32,000 nt of DNA from Candidatus Nitrosopumilus koreensis AR1 (GTDB lineage Archaea > Thermoproteota > Nitrososphaeria > Nitrososphaerales > Nitrosopumilaceae): positions 720,001-752,000 of the forward strand of contig NC_018655.1 in the NCBI RefSeq assembly GCF_000299365.1, in the 5' to 3' direction. This document shows, one piece after another, positions 7,488-16,738 of the stretch. The notes under the pieces are model-generated. The model did no database searches, was not told the origin of the DNA, and saw only the letters and a list, made by a program, of their open reading frames with translations. The first letter of the stretch is position 1; each line of letters opens with the position of its first letter. The position numbers and the translations under genes were made by a program.

Positions 7488-7564
7488 TGGCGCCGCCCAT
7501 CAGACTTGAACTGACGACCGTCCGATTAACAGTCGGATGCTCTACCACGCTGAGCTAGGGCGGC
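7488..7564 (-). tRNA. tRNA-Asn (anticodon GUU), CCA encoded
   Basis: Hand-folded cloverleaf. Acceptor GCCGCCC/GGGCGGC, D stem GCTC/GAGC, anticodon stem TCCGA/TCGGA with loop CTGTTAA, 5-nt variable loop, T arm GTCAG-TTCAAGT-CTGAT, then G-CCA. 77 nt. Confidence 0.95.
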
Positions 7565-7636
7565 AACATGTTTGTACCTCGATAAAAGTGATTTAATCCT
7601 TGCGACTATACAATTTAGACCAAAGTTGTCTGTAGT

Positions 7637-7924
7637 TTAGTTAAATTTGGCAAAAAATTCTTTGATTTCTTTTGAATGGCTTTCAACCAATTCGATTATC
7701 TCCAAGTGTTCATCAGCTGTTGGTTCTCTTTGATGCACAACTTGAAATGCACTTAATGCAGAACCAACCATCTCTCCGACAAAAAACCCACACAAAAAGT
7801 CTCCAATCTTTTCACAGTTCCATATCTCTCCTACTCTGGGAGAAGCTCCTGATTTTTTGTATAAATCTAAAGTCTGCTGAATCAAGTCCGTTGTCTGTTT
7901 AGCAAACTCTGGGTCTAGGGTCAT
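7637..7924 (-). CDS. Hypothetical protein, last gene of the r-protein transcription unit
   Basis: 95-aa ORF starting 16 nt after the rpl6 stop. No r-protein motif recognised. Confidence 0.55.
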   Translation of the reverse strand: MTLDPEFAKQTTDLIQQTLDLYKKSGASPRVGEIWNCEKIGDFLCGFFVGEMVGSALSAFQVVHQREPTADEHLEIIELVESHSKEIKEFFAKFN

Positions 7925-7940
7925 CAGAAAAACTGAAATT

Positions 7941-8498
7941 TTATTTCTCTAAACCTTTTTTCTTTTCATAGACGTAGATGCCATCTAAGAAAACTCTATG
8001 ATCTTTGTTCTTTACTTTGGTTTTTAATTCAATGTTTGCTGCAGTTTGTGTAACGTCTGTCCAAACCTCTCCAGTAATAATGACATCTTCGCCTTTTGGT
8101 GTTACTTTGGTATTTCCCATGATGTGTGTGATTCTTGGTGCCCTTTCACCTTGATAGTTTTCGATTAGAACTTTTTTTCCTTCGACTTTGACTGTAATTG
8201 GAAAGTGTGCAAAGACTACCTTCATCTTTATTGTGTATCCCTCTACTAGACCTTCGCAGATGTTTCGAATTATTGATCTTGCGGTATGCAAAATTGCATA
8301 ATCTTTTTTTCTTTCACCAATTGTTTTCAAGTTTATTTTGTCTTCTGCAATGTCGATATTTACTGGAATATTTCTAAAACTTTTGTGTGTTTTTCCAAGT
8401 GGGCCTTCAAACATTAGCATGTGTTTGTTTTGTGTGACCTTGACTCCTTCAGGAATTGTTACCTGGTCTTGCATTTTTTCGAGTTGACTAGTAGACAT
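7941..8498 (-). CDS. rpl6: 50S ribosomal protein uL6
   Basis: 185 aa with the two-repeat L6 pattern. Position after rps8. Confidence 0.9.
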   Translation of the reverse strand: MSTSQLEKMQDQVTIPEGVKVTQNKHMLMFEGPLGKTHKSFRNIPVNIDIAEDKINLKTIGERKKDYAILHTARSIIRNICEGLVEGYTIKMKVVFAHFPITVKVEGKKVLIENYQGERAPRITHIMGNTKVTPKGEDVIITGEVWTDVTQTAANIELKTKVKNKDHRVFLDGIYVYEKKKGLEK

Positions 8499-8880
8499 AT
8501 CCTATCAAAAATCCTCCAATCTCTTTTTCTATTGCATCATGATGAGACATTACTCCCTGGTTTGTTGTAACTAGAAGCATTCCTCTGTCATATGCTGGCA
8601 AGTATTGCTGTTCCCAATTGTTAAATTCATCAGTTTTTACTTTGAATCTTGGTGAAATTGCACCACATTTTGTGATCTTTGCCAATAATTTGATTTTGAA
8701 TTTTCCTCCCCTTTTATCATCGATGTGTTCAAACTCTCCAATGTATCCATCTTTTTGAAGTGTTTTTAGAACTTCGATTCCTAATTTTGAAGTTGGAAGA
8801 ATTGTACATTCACTCTTTCTTCTTGTTTCATTATTGTATAATGTGACAAATAGATTTGCTAAAATATTAGTTGCTGGCAT
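8488..8880 (-). CDS. rps8: 30S ribosomal protein uS8
   Basis: 130 aa with the ...LANLFVTLYNNE... N-terminus. Operon position. Confidence 0.9.
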   Translation of the reverse strand: MPATNILANLFVTLYNNETRRKSECTILPTSKLGIEVLKTLQKDGYIGEFEHIDDKRGGKFKIKLLAKITKCGAISPRFKVKTDEFNNWEQQYLPAYDRGMLLVTTNQGVMSHHDAIEKEIGGFLIGYVY

Positions 8881-8884
8881 GATA

Positions 8885-9064
8885 TCACCTATTTTTCCTA
8901 AATCCTAGAGATGTTGCTACCTCTCTGAAGCATCGTCTGCATAACATCAAATCGTATTTTTGAATAACAGCTGTATAATCTCCACATCTTTTACACCATC
9001 TTGAACCTCTTCCAAAGTCATGTTTCTTTCTTCCTGTAAATTCGTATGATCTATCTTTTGCCAT
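8885..9064 (-). CDS. rps14: 30S ribosomal protein uS14 (zinc-binding type Z)
   Basis: Not in the ORF track (59 aa). Hand translation: MAKDRSYEFTGRKKHDFGRGSRWCKRCGDYTAVIQKYDLMLCRRCFREVATSLGFRKNR. The ATG overlaps the rpl5 stop (TAATG). Confidence 0.9.
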   Translation of the reverse strand: MAKDRSYEFTGRKKHDFGRGSRWCKRCGDYTAVIQKYDLMLCRRCFREVATSLGFRKNR

Positions 9065-9585
9065 TATGCTATCGTCACTCCAAACTCTTTTACTAGATAA
9101 TCCTTTGCTTCTTGATTTGTAATGATATGTGATTTTCCAACACTTGCTTTGTGTTTACTTCTTTTTCTAATTCCATAACCTGGCCTAGTTAGTGTAACTG
9201 AAATTCCAAGACCTAAAATTCCAATTGATGGTTCATACTTTACACCTGGAATGTCTATGTGTTCTTTAATTCCAAATGAATAATTTCCAAAATTATCAAA
9301 TGCTCTGCCATTAATGGTGTTTCCCTTTGCTTCAAGTAATCTTTTCAATAATTCTTTGGCATCATCTCCTCTGATTGTAACTGCAACACCTATTGGTTCT
9401 CCTTTTCTTACTCCCCAATCTCTTTGTGTCTCTTTTGCATTTCGTGCTGATGGTTTTTTACCTGAAATTTGCTCTAATGCTCTTCTTGCAATGTCAATTA
9501 CATCGCCTGATTTACCAACTCCCATATTCAGTACTACTTTCTCTAGTGAGATTTTTTTCATTGGGGATTCTGTTGTTTGAGACAT
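9064..9585 (-). CDS. rpl5: 50S ribosomal protein uL5
   Basis: 173 aa. Operon position between rps4e and rps14. Confidence 0.9.
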   Translation of the reverse strand: MSQTTESPMKKISLEKVVLNMGVGKSGDVIDIARRALEQISGKKPSARNAKETQRDWGVRKGEPIGVAVTIRGDDAKELLKRLLEAKGNTINGRAFDNFGNYSFGIKEHIDIPGVKYEPSIGILGLGISVTLTRPGYGIRKRSKHKASVGKSHIITNQEAKDYLVKEFGVTIA

Positions 9586-9589
9586 ATGA

Positions 9590-10306
9590 TCACTTTAATT
9601 GAATTATTGGCTCCTCTTTTCCTATTGGCATAATAATGTCTGCTGGAATTTCGATTTTTCTGTCTCCTAAAGATAGGATGACTCTTTTTGGAAGAATGAA
9701 TGTTCCTTCCTCGATGTTTTCGATTTTTCCAATTTGTCCTGCATTGACTCCTCGTGTAACTAGTCCGTTGTTTCCTGGTTCCAGCTTTACAACTTCAAGA
9801 ATTTTTTGATCTGGAACTTGAATTAGACATACATCGCCAACATTTACTTTGGTATCTGAAATTGTTGAACGACCATCATGAAATCCGATTTGTGTTTTTC
9901 CTTTGTTGATTGTAGTTTTAGTGGTAACTCTAACAAGTTTCTTTGTTTTTTCTGAATCATTAATTTTAATTGGTTTTAGTAATTTTCCTTCTGTTGGTAC
10001 CATACGATAAACATCTGAAACATTTTCTAGCTCTACAACATCCATCAATCCAATTGCATGGTGTAGTGATTTTCTAACAACACCATCAATCTTTACTTTT
10101 CCTGAATAGATTGCAGTTTTTGCTTCTCTGAGGCTTGATACAATCTTTAGCATGTCCCTAAGGAATACTGCTGTTGGAACTGAATGGGTCTTTTTGTGAG
10201 GACCTGGTCTTACTGTAATTACGAACCTCTTGTCTTTTCTGGCAATTCCCCAGAACTGAGGTGCCATTTGACGCTTGAGTTTTTTACTACCTGAAATACT
10301 TACCAT
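9590..10306 (-). CDS. rps4e: 30S ribosomal protein eS4
   Basis: 238 aa. Archaeal/eukaryotic-specific S4e (KKLKRQMAPQFWGI...). Confidence 0.9.
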   Translation of the reverse strand: MVSISGSKKLKRQMAPQFWGIARKDKRFVITVRPGPHKKTHSVPTAVFLRDMLKIVSSLREAKTAIYSGKVKIDGVVRKSLHHAIGLMDVVELENVSDVYRMVPTEGKLLKPIKINDSEKTKKLVRVTTKTTINKGKTQIGFHDGRSTISDTKVNVGDVCLIQVPDQKILEVVKLEPGNNGLVTRGVNAGQIGKIENIEEGTFILPKRVILSLGDRKIEIPADIIMPIGKEEPIIQLK

Positions 10307-10761
10307 TAACTTTCATCCTCTTTCTTTTCGACCTTTTCGACCACTTTTGTTTCTTTAGGCTCTTCTTTGACTGATTCTTCTTTCTTTGGTGTCTCTTTTG
10401 GTTGCTTTCTTGGATCTTTGCCTTCTAATTTTGCTATTCTCCACTTGTCATCTGTGTTTAGTGATGTGGCTACCAAGTTTGAAGTGTGAATATAAACATC
10501 AAATTTGTCTCCTTTAGTTTTCTCTTTTTTTACTCCTTCAATTGCAACACTGTTTTTTTCTGTAGATATTTCTGAAACTTTACCGTCTACTCCTTTGAAT
10601 TCTCCTCTTAGGATAGTTACATTGTCTCCTTCAACTACTCTGACACTTCTTTTTCCATACTTTTTCTGCAAGTCTTTTGATAATGCACTGCCAAGCTGTT
10701 TGCTTCTTGTTTTGTATGTTGCCTGGTAAATCATCTTGTTGCGCATTTTAGTTGGCTTCAT
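10306..10761 (-). CDS. rpl24: 50S ribosomal protein uL24 with K/E-rich C-terminal tail
   Basis: 151 aa with a KOW motif ([21 protein letters not shown]). Confidence 0.9.
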   Translation of the reverse strand: MKPTKMRNKMIYQATYKTRSKQLGSALSKDLQKKYGKRSVRVVEGDNVTILRGEFKGVDGKVSEISTEKNSVAIEGVKKEKTKGDKFDVYIHTSNLVATSLNTDDKWRIAKLEGKDPRKQPKETPKKEESVKEEPKETKVVEKVEKKEDES

Positions 10762-10765
10762 TTTC

Positions 10766-11188
10766 TTATACCACCATTGATGCCAAGTTAGCTACTCTTG
10801 GCCATTTCTCTGAAGCTTCTGCTGCGACTGGTCCTTTGATGTCTGTTCCTTTTGTTTCTCCTTCTGGAGTGATTAACACTGCTGCGTTGTCTTCAAAACA
10901 AACTCTTACACCGTTTAATCTACGAATTGCATATTTTTGTCTAATTATAACTGCACCATACACTTGTTTTCTTAATTCGGCTGGACCTTTCTTTACAACA
11001 ACATTACAAAAGTCCCCAACTGATGCTGATGGGAGTCTTGATGCTCTTGTCTTGTGTCTTGGAACGTTGATTATTTCTAAAATTTTTGCGCCAGAATTAT
11101 CTGCACAAACAATGTTTGCACCAACTGGAATTACTTTGGTTACATATGGGCGGAATTCTTCTACTCCTTTACCTGCTTGCTTTGCCAT
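10766..11188 (-). CDS. rpl14: 50S ribosomal protein uL14
   Basis: 140 aa. ...ADNSGAK...VVKKG... pattern. Confidence 0.92.
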   Translation of the reverse strand: MAKQAGKGVEEFRPYVTKVIPVGANIVCADNSGAKILEIINVPRHKTRASRLPSASVGDFCNVVVKKGPAELRKQVYGAVIIRQKYAIRRLNGVRVCFEDNAAVLITPEGETKGTDIKGPVAAEASEKWPRVANLASMVV

Positions 11189-11511
11189 TATGATCTAACC
11201 TCCACAACAACATAGGATACTGATTTTGATATTGGTCTGCATTCTGCAGTCAATACACTGTCTCCTGATTCAACATCAATACATCCAGGAACGTGTGCAT
11301 GAATACTGCTTTTTCCTCTTGCATATCTCTTGAATTTGTTAAAGTAAATTGGGGTATCTTTTTGTAGTGTGATGGTTTGTCTTGCTTTGCTTCCTGTCAC
11401 TTTACCATCAAAAAGTTTTCCTCTAATTGCTAATTCGCCATGGAATGGACAATGCTTGTCTGTGCATTCTCTTTTTGGTTCTTTTACGTTTAATCCGATG
11501 TTTCTAGTCAT
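11188..11511 (-). CDS. rps17: 30S ribosomal protein uS17
   Basis: 107 aa. CxDxxCPFHG archaeal S17 N-terminus. Confidence 0.9.
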   Translation of the reverse strand: MTRNIGLNVKEPKRECTDKHCPFHGELAIRGKLFDGKVTGSKARQTITLQKDTPIYFNKFKRYARGKSSIHAHVPGCIDVESGDSVLTAECRPISKSVSYVVVEVRS

Positions 11512-11774
11512 GCCTTTGCTCCTATTCTATCAAATGGTCTTTTTGTAATTTTGGAACCTTCTACTATAACATCACTATTCTCAATTGAGAATCTCCAATT
11601 GCTTGTAGATTTGGCAATTCTTTTCATTCCATTTTCTGTGTTAATTGTAAACATTGATTTTGTTTCATCTTCGATTCTTCCATTTAATCCTATTACTTGA
11701 GGGTTAGTTGATCTGACTATCTCTGTGTGTAATCCAATGAATTCATGTGATGTGATGTTGTCTGCTGTAATCAT
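11508..11774 (-). CDS. rnp1: RNase P protein component 1 (Rpp29/Pop4)
   Basis: 88 aa. EFIGLHTEIVRSTNPQVIGLNGRIEDETKSMF motif. Canonical archaeal slot between rpl29 and rps17. Confidence 0.85.
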   Translation of the reverse strand: MITADNITSHEFIGLHTEIVRSTNPQVIGLNGRIEDETKSMFTINTENGMKRIAKSTSNWRFSIENSDVIVEGSKITKRPFDRIGAKA

Positions 11775-11977
11775 TTCTCGTTCCTCATCTCGTTTAGTCT
11801 AGTTAGCATTCTTGCAATATCGTGTCGTATTGGTTTTAGTTTCCCACTCTCTTTTCTCAGTGTGCCTTTTGCTGCATCTACTCTGAGTTTTGCAAGCTCA
11901 CTTCTTGATTCTTGAATCTTGCTTTTCAGATCTTTTTCGTTTAACTGTTTAATTGTCTTCATACTAATTCTGGTCAT
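11771..11977 (-). CDS. rpl29: 50S ribosomal protein uL29
   Basis: 68 aa, helical. Operon position. Confidence 0.88.
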   Translation of the reverse strand: MTRISMKTIKQLNEKDLKSKIQESRSELAKLRVDAAKGTLRKESGKLKPIRHDIARMLTRLNEMRNEK

Positions 11978-12729
11978 TTGAGACTGGCCTCCTCTTCTTC
12001 TAGTGTTTCAAGCTCTTTCATCTTTTCTTCTTCCATTGCAATTTGTTCTGATTCTGTTCTTGCTTTCTTTTCTGCTGCTGTCTCATCTCTCATCTTTCCT
12101 GTTTGTGCATCTTTGACTTGTTTTGCTTTCTTTGGTTTTTCTGTCTTCATCTCAAATTCTGGAACAAATTTTTCTTTTCTTGCAATTCTAATTCTAATTC
12201 CAATTAATCCCATTGCTGTGTTGACATGTGCAATGTCCTCGGCAACAATTACCTCTGCATGATGACCTGCTCTTGGCAATATTCCTGCAGTGTGCTTTTC
12301 AAATGCAGAACGGTCACCTCTTAGTTTACCTGAAATTGTAATTTGAACACCCATGGCACCATTTTCCATGATTTGTTTTAGAGTCCACATTGTTGCTCTT
12401 CTAAATGCAGTACCTCTTTCAAGATGTGATGCCATTCTGTTACACATCACACTTGGTGATAGTTCTGGTTTCTCAATTTCTACTACTGAAATTTGTGGAT
12501 TTTTTAATCCAAAATCTGTTGCCAGTTTATCAGTAAGGTCTCTAATTCCTGAACCTTTTCTTCCAATAACTATACCTGGTCTTGTGACATGTAATGCAAC
12601 TCTTGTACCTGTTGGTGTCTTTGAAATCTCAGCATGTGAAAATCCTGCTTCTTTAATTGCCTCTCTGAGATAATCTTTGAGAAGCATCATGTTGTAGTTA
12701 TCTTTGATTACGTTTTTGACTGATGACAT
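11974..12729 (-). CDS. rps3: 30S ribosomal protein uS3 with acidic/K-rich C-terminal extension
   Basis: 251 aa. KH domain ([13 protein letters not shown]). Confidence 0.92.
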   Translation of the reverse strand: MSSVKNVIKDNYNMMLLKDYLREAIKEAGFSHAEISKTPTGTRVALHVTRPGIVIGRKGSGIRDLTDKLATDFGLKNPQISVVEIEKPELSPSVMCNRMASHLERGTAFRRATMWTLKQIMENGAMGVQITISGKLRGDRSAFEKHTAGILPRAGHHAEVIVAEDIAHVNTAMGLIGIRIRIARKEKFVPEFEMKTEKPKKAKQVKDAQTGKMRDETAAEKKARTESEQIAMEEEKMKELETLEEEEASLK

Positions 12730-12731
12730 TT

Positions 12732-13190
12732 CTAAATCTCCTGGGCCACCAATTCTACATGAGTCAATACGTTGTTCTTTGGAGTTGCTCTTCCCATTGC
12801 TCTTGGGATGAATCTTTTTACCATTACTCCTTTGTGAACAGTTGCGTTTACAATCCTTAATCTATCTAAATCCATTCCTTTGTATTCTGCATTTGATTCT
12901 AAATTATCTAAAACTTTGATGAACTCTTTTGCTGTTTTTTGAGGATAACGTCCTGCCATCATTCCTGGGTCTCCTTTATGTCCTACTTGATTCTTGTATC
13001 TTCTAAATGCGATTGCACGGTCTTTATGTACTACTGCTTGTAGGTAGTCTCTTGCCTTTTCAATTGATAGTCCTTTGATTGCAACTGCAACTTCCCTCGC
13101 ATGTTTGTGTGAGATGTCTTTTTCTCTTAGTGAAGAGCGTACATGTCTTGTTGCATCATAATTTTGGAAAGCGTAACTGAATCTACCCAT
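12732..13190 (-). CDS. rpl22: 50S ribosomal protein uL22
   Basis: MGRFSYAF... The ORF is open to GTG 13199, but ATG 13190 is more plausible. Confidence 0.9.
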   Translation of the reverse strand: MGRFSYAFQNYDATRHVRSSLREKDISHKHAREVAVAIKGLSIEKARDYLQAVVHKDRAIAFRRYKNQVGHKGDPGMMAGRYPQKTAKEFIKVLDNLESNAEYKGMDLDRLRIVNATVHKGVMVKRFIPRAMGRATPKNNVLTHVELVAQEI

Positions 13191-13195
13191 AATAA

Positions 13196-13591
13196 TCACT
13201 TCAATGGTACGTATAGGCTGGATCTTGATGCGCCAACACCTGGTGCACCGTGTGAAACCTTCTTGTTTGTTATTACATATTCTCCCAAGTAATGCCCAAT
13301 CATTTCTGTTCTGATTGTGACTGGTCTGAATTCTTTTCCTGAGAAAACATTTACTGTAACATCTACCATGTATGGTAGGATAATCAAATCTCTAACGTGA
13401 GTTTTAATTGGATTTTTTAATTTGCCTGCTTTTGCGGCTTTGATCTCTTCAATTAGTTTTCTTTTACCATCGTTAATTCCTCTGGTAAGAGATCTTCTTT
13501 GTCTTGCATTGAATAACTGGAATAATTTTTCTAATGACATATTTTCAAGTTCCTCTTTTGGAATTCCTCTGTATGCAAATTCTTTAACCAT
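13196..13591 (-). CDS. rps19: 30S ribosomal protein uS19
   Basis: 131 aa. ...GKEFRPVTIRTEMIGHYLGEY... motif. Confidence 0.92.
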   Translation of the reverse strand: MVKEFAYRGIPKEELENMSLEKLFQLFNARQRRSLTRGINDGKRKLIEEIKAAKAGKLKNPIKTHVRDLIILPYMVDVTVNVFSGKEFRPVTIRTEMIGHYLGEYVITNKKVSHGAPGVGASRSSLYVPLK

Positions 13592-13618
13592 TTTTGTTCT
13601 TCACCTTCTAACTCCCTA

Positions 13619-13885
13619 TTATAGCATTCCTATCTTTGTGGCGAGGTCTCTTGCTTTTTCTGTATTTTCAAACTGAACGAATGCTTTCTTGCCATAAATT
13701 GTTCTAGCTGTGTTTACGTTGGTAACTTTTTCTTTGTATAGTGTGTTAACTGCATCAGCAATTTCTGGTTTGCTTGCTGATCTATCTACGATAAAACAAA
13801 TTTTACTTTCGTTTTCTACCATAGCAAATGTCTTTTCAGTAATGTATGGTTTGATTATGATTTTGCTTGCTTGATCTACGTTCAT
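13619..13885 (-). CDS. rpl23: 50S ribosomal protein uL23
   Basis: 88 aa. Slot after rpl4. Confidence 0.88.
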   Translation of the reverse strand: MNVDQASKIIIKPYITEKTFAMVENESKICFIVDRSASKPEIADAVNTLYKEKVTNVNTARTIYGKKAFVQFENTEKARDLATKIGML

Positions 13886-14697
13886 TGTACTTTCGCCATT
13901 ACCTCTAGATGTGTTGATTTTATTTTTCCAATCTCCTCAATTGCAGATTTGGAATAAACGGTTAATCTAATTGGATCTGAACCCGGAGCTAAATCTAATA
14001 CGCTCAAATCTTTGACACTTTTTGCTTCTACACCCGGAAGTGCTCCTATTGCTTTTGAAATATTTGATGCATCTTTAGTTACAAACAATACACTCTTTCC
14101 GATTTTCTTACTTCTGCCTCTAAGTCTTGATTGACCAGAACGTGGTTTTCTTGCTTCTAGTCTTTGCAAATCTTGTGTTAGTTTTAATGAGTCTAGTATT
14201 TTGGATATTTCGCTTGTTTTAGAAACTGATTCTATGTCATCTGAAACTATGATTGGGAATGATTCGATTCCTTCTACTTTATGGCCTCTAGCTTCAACTC
14301 TATCCTTTGATGCAGTTGCAGCAATTGCTGAACATAATGCTAGCTTTCTTTCTTTTTTGTTTAGTTTCTTGTAGATGACTTTCTCGACAATAGGTGGATG
14401 TGCTTGTCTTCCTCCTCTAGTTGATGCAACCTCTGCACCTTGGCCCTGTCTCCCTCCGCCACCGCCTCGTGCTCTTGCAACACGGGATACCCCTTGTCCT
14501 GTTGGAGGATCATTAGAATCTGCAACCACATCTTGGCCTGCAGTTGGATGTCTTCCTTGTGGCTGGAATTTGTGTGATGTAAGATTAGTGAATGCTTTGT
14601 GAATCAATTCTCTCCTAAATGGTGTGGAGAAAACTGCTGGCAATTCTACTTCTCCGTCTTTGGTTCCAGTGGTGGTATATACTGCTGTCTTGGTCAT
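13882..14697 (-). CDS. rpl4: 50S ribosomal protein uL4
   Basis: 271 aa. Gly/Arg-rich loop (RARGGGGGRQGQGA). Confidence 0.9.
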   Translation of the reverse strand: MTKTAVYTTTGTKDGEVELPAVFSTPFRRELIHKAFTNLTSHKFQPQGRHPTAGQDVVADSNDPPTGQGVSRVARARGGGGGRQGQGAEVASTRGGRQAHPPIVEKVIYKKLNKKERKLALCSAIAATASKDRVEARGHKVEGIESFPIIVSDDIESVSKTSEISKILDSLKLTQDLQRLEARKPRSGQSRLRGRSKKIGKSVLFVTKDASNISKAIGALPGVEAKSVKDLSVLDLAPGSDPIRLTVYSKSAIEEIGKIKSTHLEVMAKVQ

Positions 14698-15689
14698 ATT
14701 ACTACCTCCAAGATATTTGGTTTGTTAACTTTGGCTGGAACATTTCTGATTTGACTTCTTAGTTTAATCAATCTCCTATATGTTCCAGGAACTGAACCTT
14801 TTAGAATAATGAAATCTCCTTTAACTAAACCAAAATGTTTGTAACCTCCATCTGGATTTATTTTTAATTTATCCTCTTCAGTATTGCCCATAATCATAAT
14901 TCGTTTATCATATTCTATTCTTTGATGGAATCCAAATTGTCCCGCTCTTGGAACTGTATACATGACACTCTGTGGAGATATTGGACCTAGTGAACCAACT
15001 TCTCTAACAGTCTTTCTTGATTTGTGTTGCTTTTTCTTTACGTTCCATCTTTTCAAAACGCCTTGCCAACCTTTACCTTTTGTAATTGCTGCAACGTCAA
15101 CACTTGCACCAGTTTCAAAAATTTGATCAATTTTAATTTCTTTTCCGAGTAATTCTTTGACATGTGCAAATTGTTTTGGTATGTCTCCTCCGCTAACTGA
15201 AGCCTCAAAGACATATGGTTTCTTTTGCTCTAGTCCTGCAGCACTTGGAGAAACTGCAACAATTGCAAAAATCTCTTTAATTTTTTTCAAACTTTTTTCT
15301 GCATTATCTAATGCGTTTTCTTGTTTGTTTTTTAGTGAAATCTCTTTGGCAATATTTTTTGGAATGTCTTCTGCATAAACATCAAACTCGGCATGTAATC
15401 CGTCATGATCTTTTGAATATCCTCTGATTCCTAAAATCAGAACTGGGGGTGTAACTAAAACTGTTCCAAGACTTACTAGTTGTTTTCCTGCATTAGGTAC
15501 TTTTTCACGATCATCAATGCTGACAATCTGAACACAACCTGCTTTGAAACCACAATGAGCTAAAATTTTTGGCTCTTCTGAATCTAATTTTGGCCATGCT
15601 CGGATTCTAGCCTCCATGCTTTTGGCACGTACTCTAGGTGAATACGCAAGGCTTCCTCTACGTGGTGAATGTCTTTTTCTAGCACCCAT
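14694..15689 (-). CDS. rpl3: 50S ribosomal protein uL3
   Basis: 331 aa. MGARKRHSPRRGSLAY... archaeal L3 N-terminus. First gene of the operon. Confidence 0.93.
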   Translation of the reverse strand: MGARKRHSPRRGSLAYSPRVRAKSMEARIRAWPKLDSEEPKILAHCGFKAGCVQIVSIDDREKVPNAGKQLVSLGTVLVTPPVLILGIRGYSKDHDGLHAEFDVYAEDIPKNIAKEISLKNKQENALDNAEKSLKKIKEIFAIVAVSPSAAGLEQKKPYVFEASVSGGDIPKQFAHVKELLGKEIKIDQIFETGASVDVAAITKGKGWQGVLKRWNVKKKQHKSRKTVREVGSLGPISPQSVMYTVPRAGQFGFHQRIEYDKRIMIMGNTEEDKLKINPDGGYKHFGLVKGDFIILKGSVPGTYRRLIKLRSQIRNVPAKVNKPNILEVVI

Positions 15690-15737
15690 GACTAAAACGC
15701 ATCATCGATTGCCCTCTATTAAACCATGTGAGATGTC

Positions 15738-15766
15738 GTTAACCACTAAAAAAATACTGGTTAACC
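15738..15766. promoter_or_regulatory. Inverted repeat GTTAACC-N14-GGTTAACC (site C), 49-77 nt upstream of the rpl3 start
   Basis: Read directly: tcGTTAACCactaaaaaaatactGGTTAACCaatt. Same arms as the sites at 23461 and 28245. Confidence 0.6.
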
Positions 15767-15781
15767 AATTATGCCTGAAAA

Positions 15782-15892
15782 TTAAGGATTTAGAATTTCA
15801 TTTGCCATGTTCCAAATTGTTATTCCACCAATAATTATTCCAACAACTCCTACTCCGATTGCTAATAGCAAAAAATTTTTCCTTTCTGTCAT
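15782..15892 (-). CDS. Possible 36-aa single-TM micro-protein
   Basis: Hand translation: MTERKNFLLLAIGVGVVGIIIGGITIWNMANEILNP. The ATG lies 2 nt after the stop of the upstream gene (TAGTCATG). Confidence 0.35.
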   Translation of the reverse strand: MTERKNFLLLAIGVGVVGIIIGGITIWNMANEILNP

Positions 15893-15894
15893 GA

Positions 15895-16707
15895 CTATGA
15901 TGTGCTTTGTGCATTGATTATTGATAATGTTCCAAGTAATGCTTCTTCTAGACGTACTGTTTGCGTAGCTTGGTTTGGGAAAAAGTTCAAAGACTTTGCA
16001 TTTTGAACATTTTTCATTTTTCCTCCTAGTATTTCATGAACTCCTTTTTCAGGAGATCCAAACACTACTAGTGTTGGCTGATCTGATTTTGTGTATTTTG
16101 CAATCTGCTCTTTTGTTGCAGTCTTTCCTTTTCTTGATGTGATGATGATGTTTCCTTTCCATTCAGATAATAATGAAAACAAGTTTGCCCTTTCTTTTAC
16201 TGCATAACCCCAATATTCTGGGGCCTCGTTTCGAGTTATCTCTTTGATTGAAAACTTTGGATATCCTTCTTTGAATTGTATTGTCACTCTTTTTCCTATA
16301 GGAGTCTTTCCAAAAAATGGAATCAGTTGGTTTATTCCTACATCCACAAATCGTTTTCCTTTTACACTTACTACTATTCCTTCTCTAACGTCCCCCCTGG
16401 TTATTTTTTTTGGGTTTGCAGGTGTAACGTGGCTTGGAATTCTTAATGGTTGTAAGACTCCTGCAAACTTCAAGTCATTCATCTTTGGGAATAATCTTCT
16501 TCTCAAAAATTGAGGTGTCTCTAAATATTTTAAAATCATGACCATCAGATTTCCATCTTGTTTGTTGTTTCCTTCTTGGTAGACATAGATTGTTTCAATT
16601 TTAAAAATAGCACATGCTCTTGCTAAAACAGAAATTTTTCTAGTCTTGTCTATCTTTAATGATTCATCAGATAGTGACGATTCGGGAATTGCAACAGATA
16701 ATTTCAA
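15895..16707 (-). CDS. Putative SPOUT-superfamily RNA methyltransferase (DUF171/COG2106-like)
   Basis: 270 aa. MKLSVAIPESSLSDE...LETPQFLRRRLFP... pattern as remembered for DUF171. Confidence 0.65.
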   Translation of the reverse strand: MKLSVAIPESSLSDESLKIDKTRKISVLARACAIFKIETIYVYQEGNNKQDGNLMVMILKYLETPQFLRRRLFPKMNDLKFAGVLQPLRIPSHVTPANPKKITRGDVREGIVVSVKGKRFVDVGINQLIPFFGKTPIGKRVTIQFKEGYPKFSIKEITRNEAPEYWGYAVKERANLFSLLSEWKGNIIITSRKGKTATKEQIAKYTKSDQPTLVVFGSPEKGVHEILGGKMKNVQNAKSLNFFPNQATQTVRLEEALLGTLSIINAQSTS

Positions 16708-16738
16708 TATAATCGAGTCTCACAAACAGATAACACAA

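Noticed and set aside
9314-15378. Plus-strand ORFs inside the ribosomal operon (for example 9314..9580, 9393..9602, 10505..10729, 10752..11198, 11978..12262, 12353..12673, 13422..13676, 14375..14602, 15157..15378)
   Set aside because: They are antisense shadows of strongly supported r-protein genes, with low-complexity S/F/L-rich translations. The same applies to antisense ORFs inside bioB, bioF, the thioredoxin gene, ccdA, the MoxR cluster and bioD.
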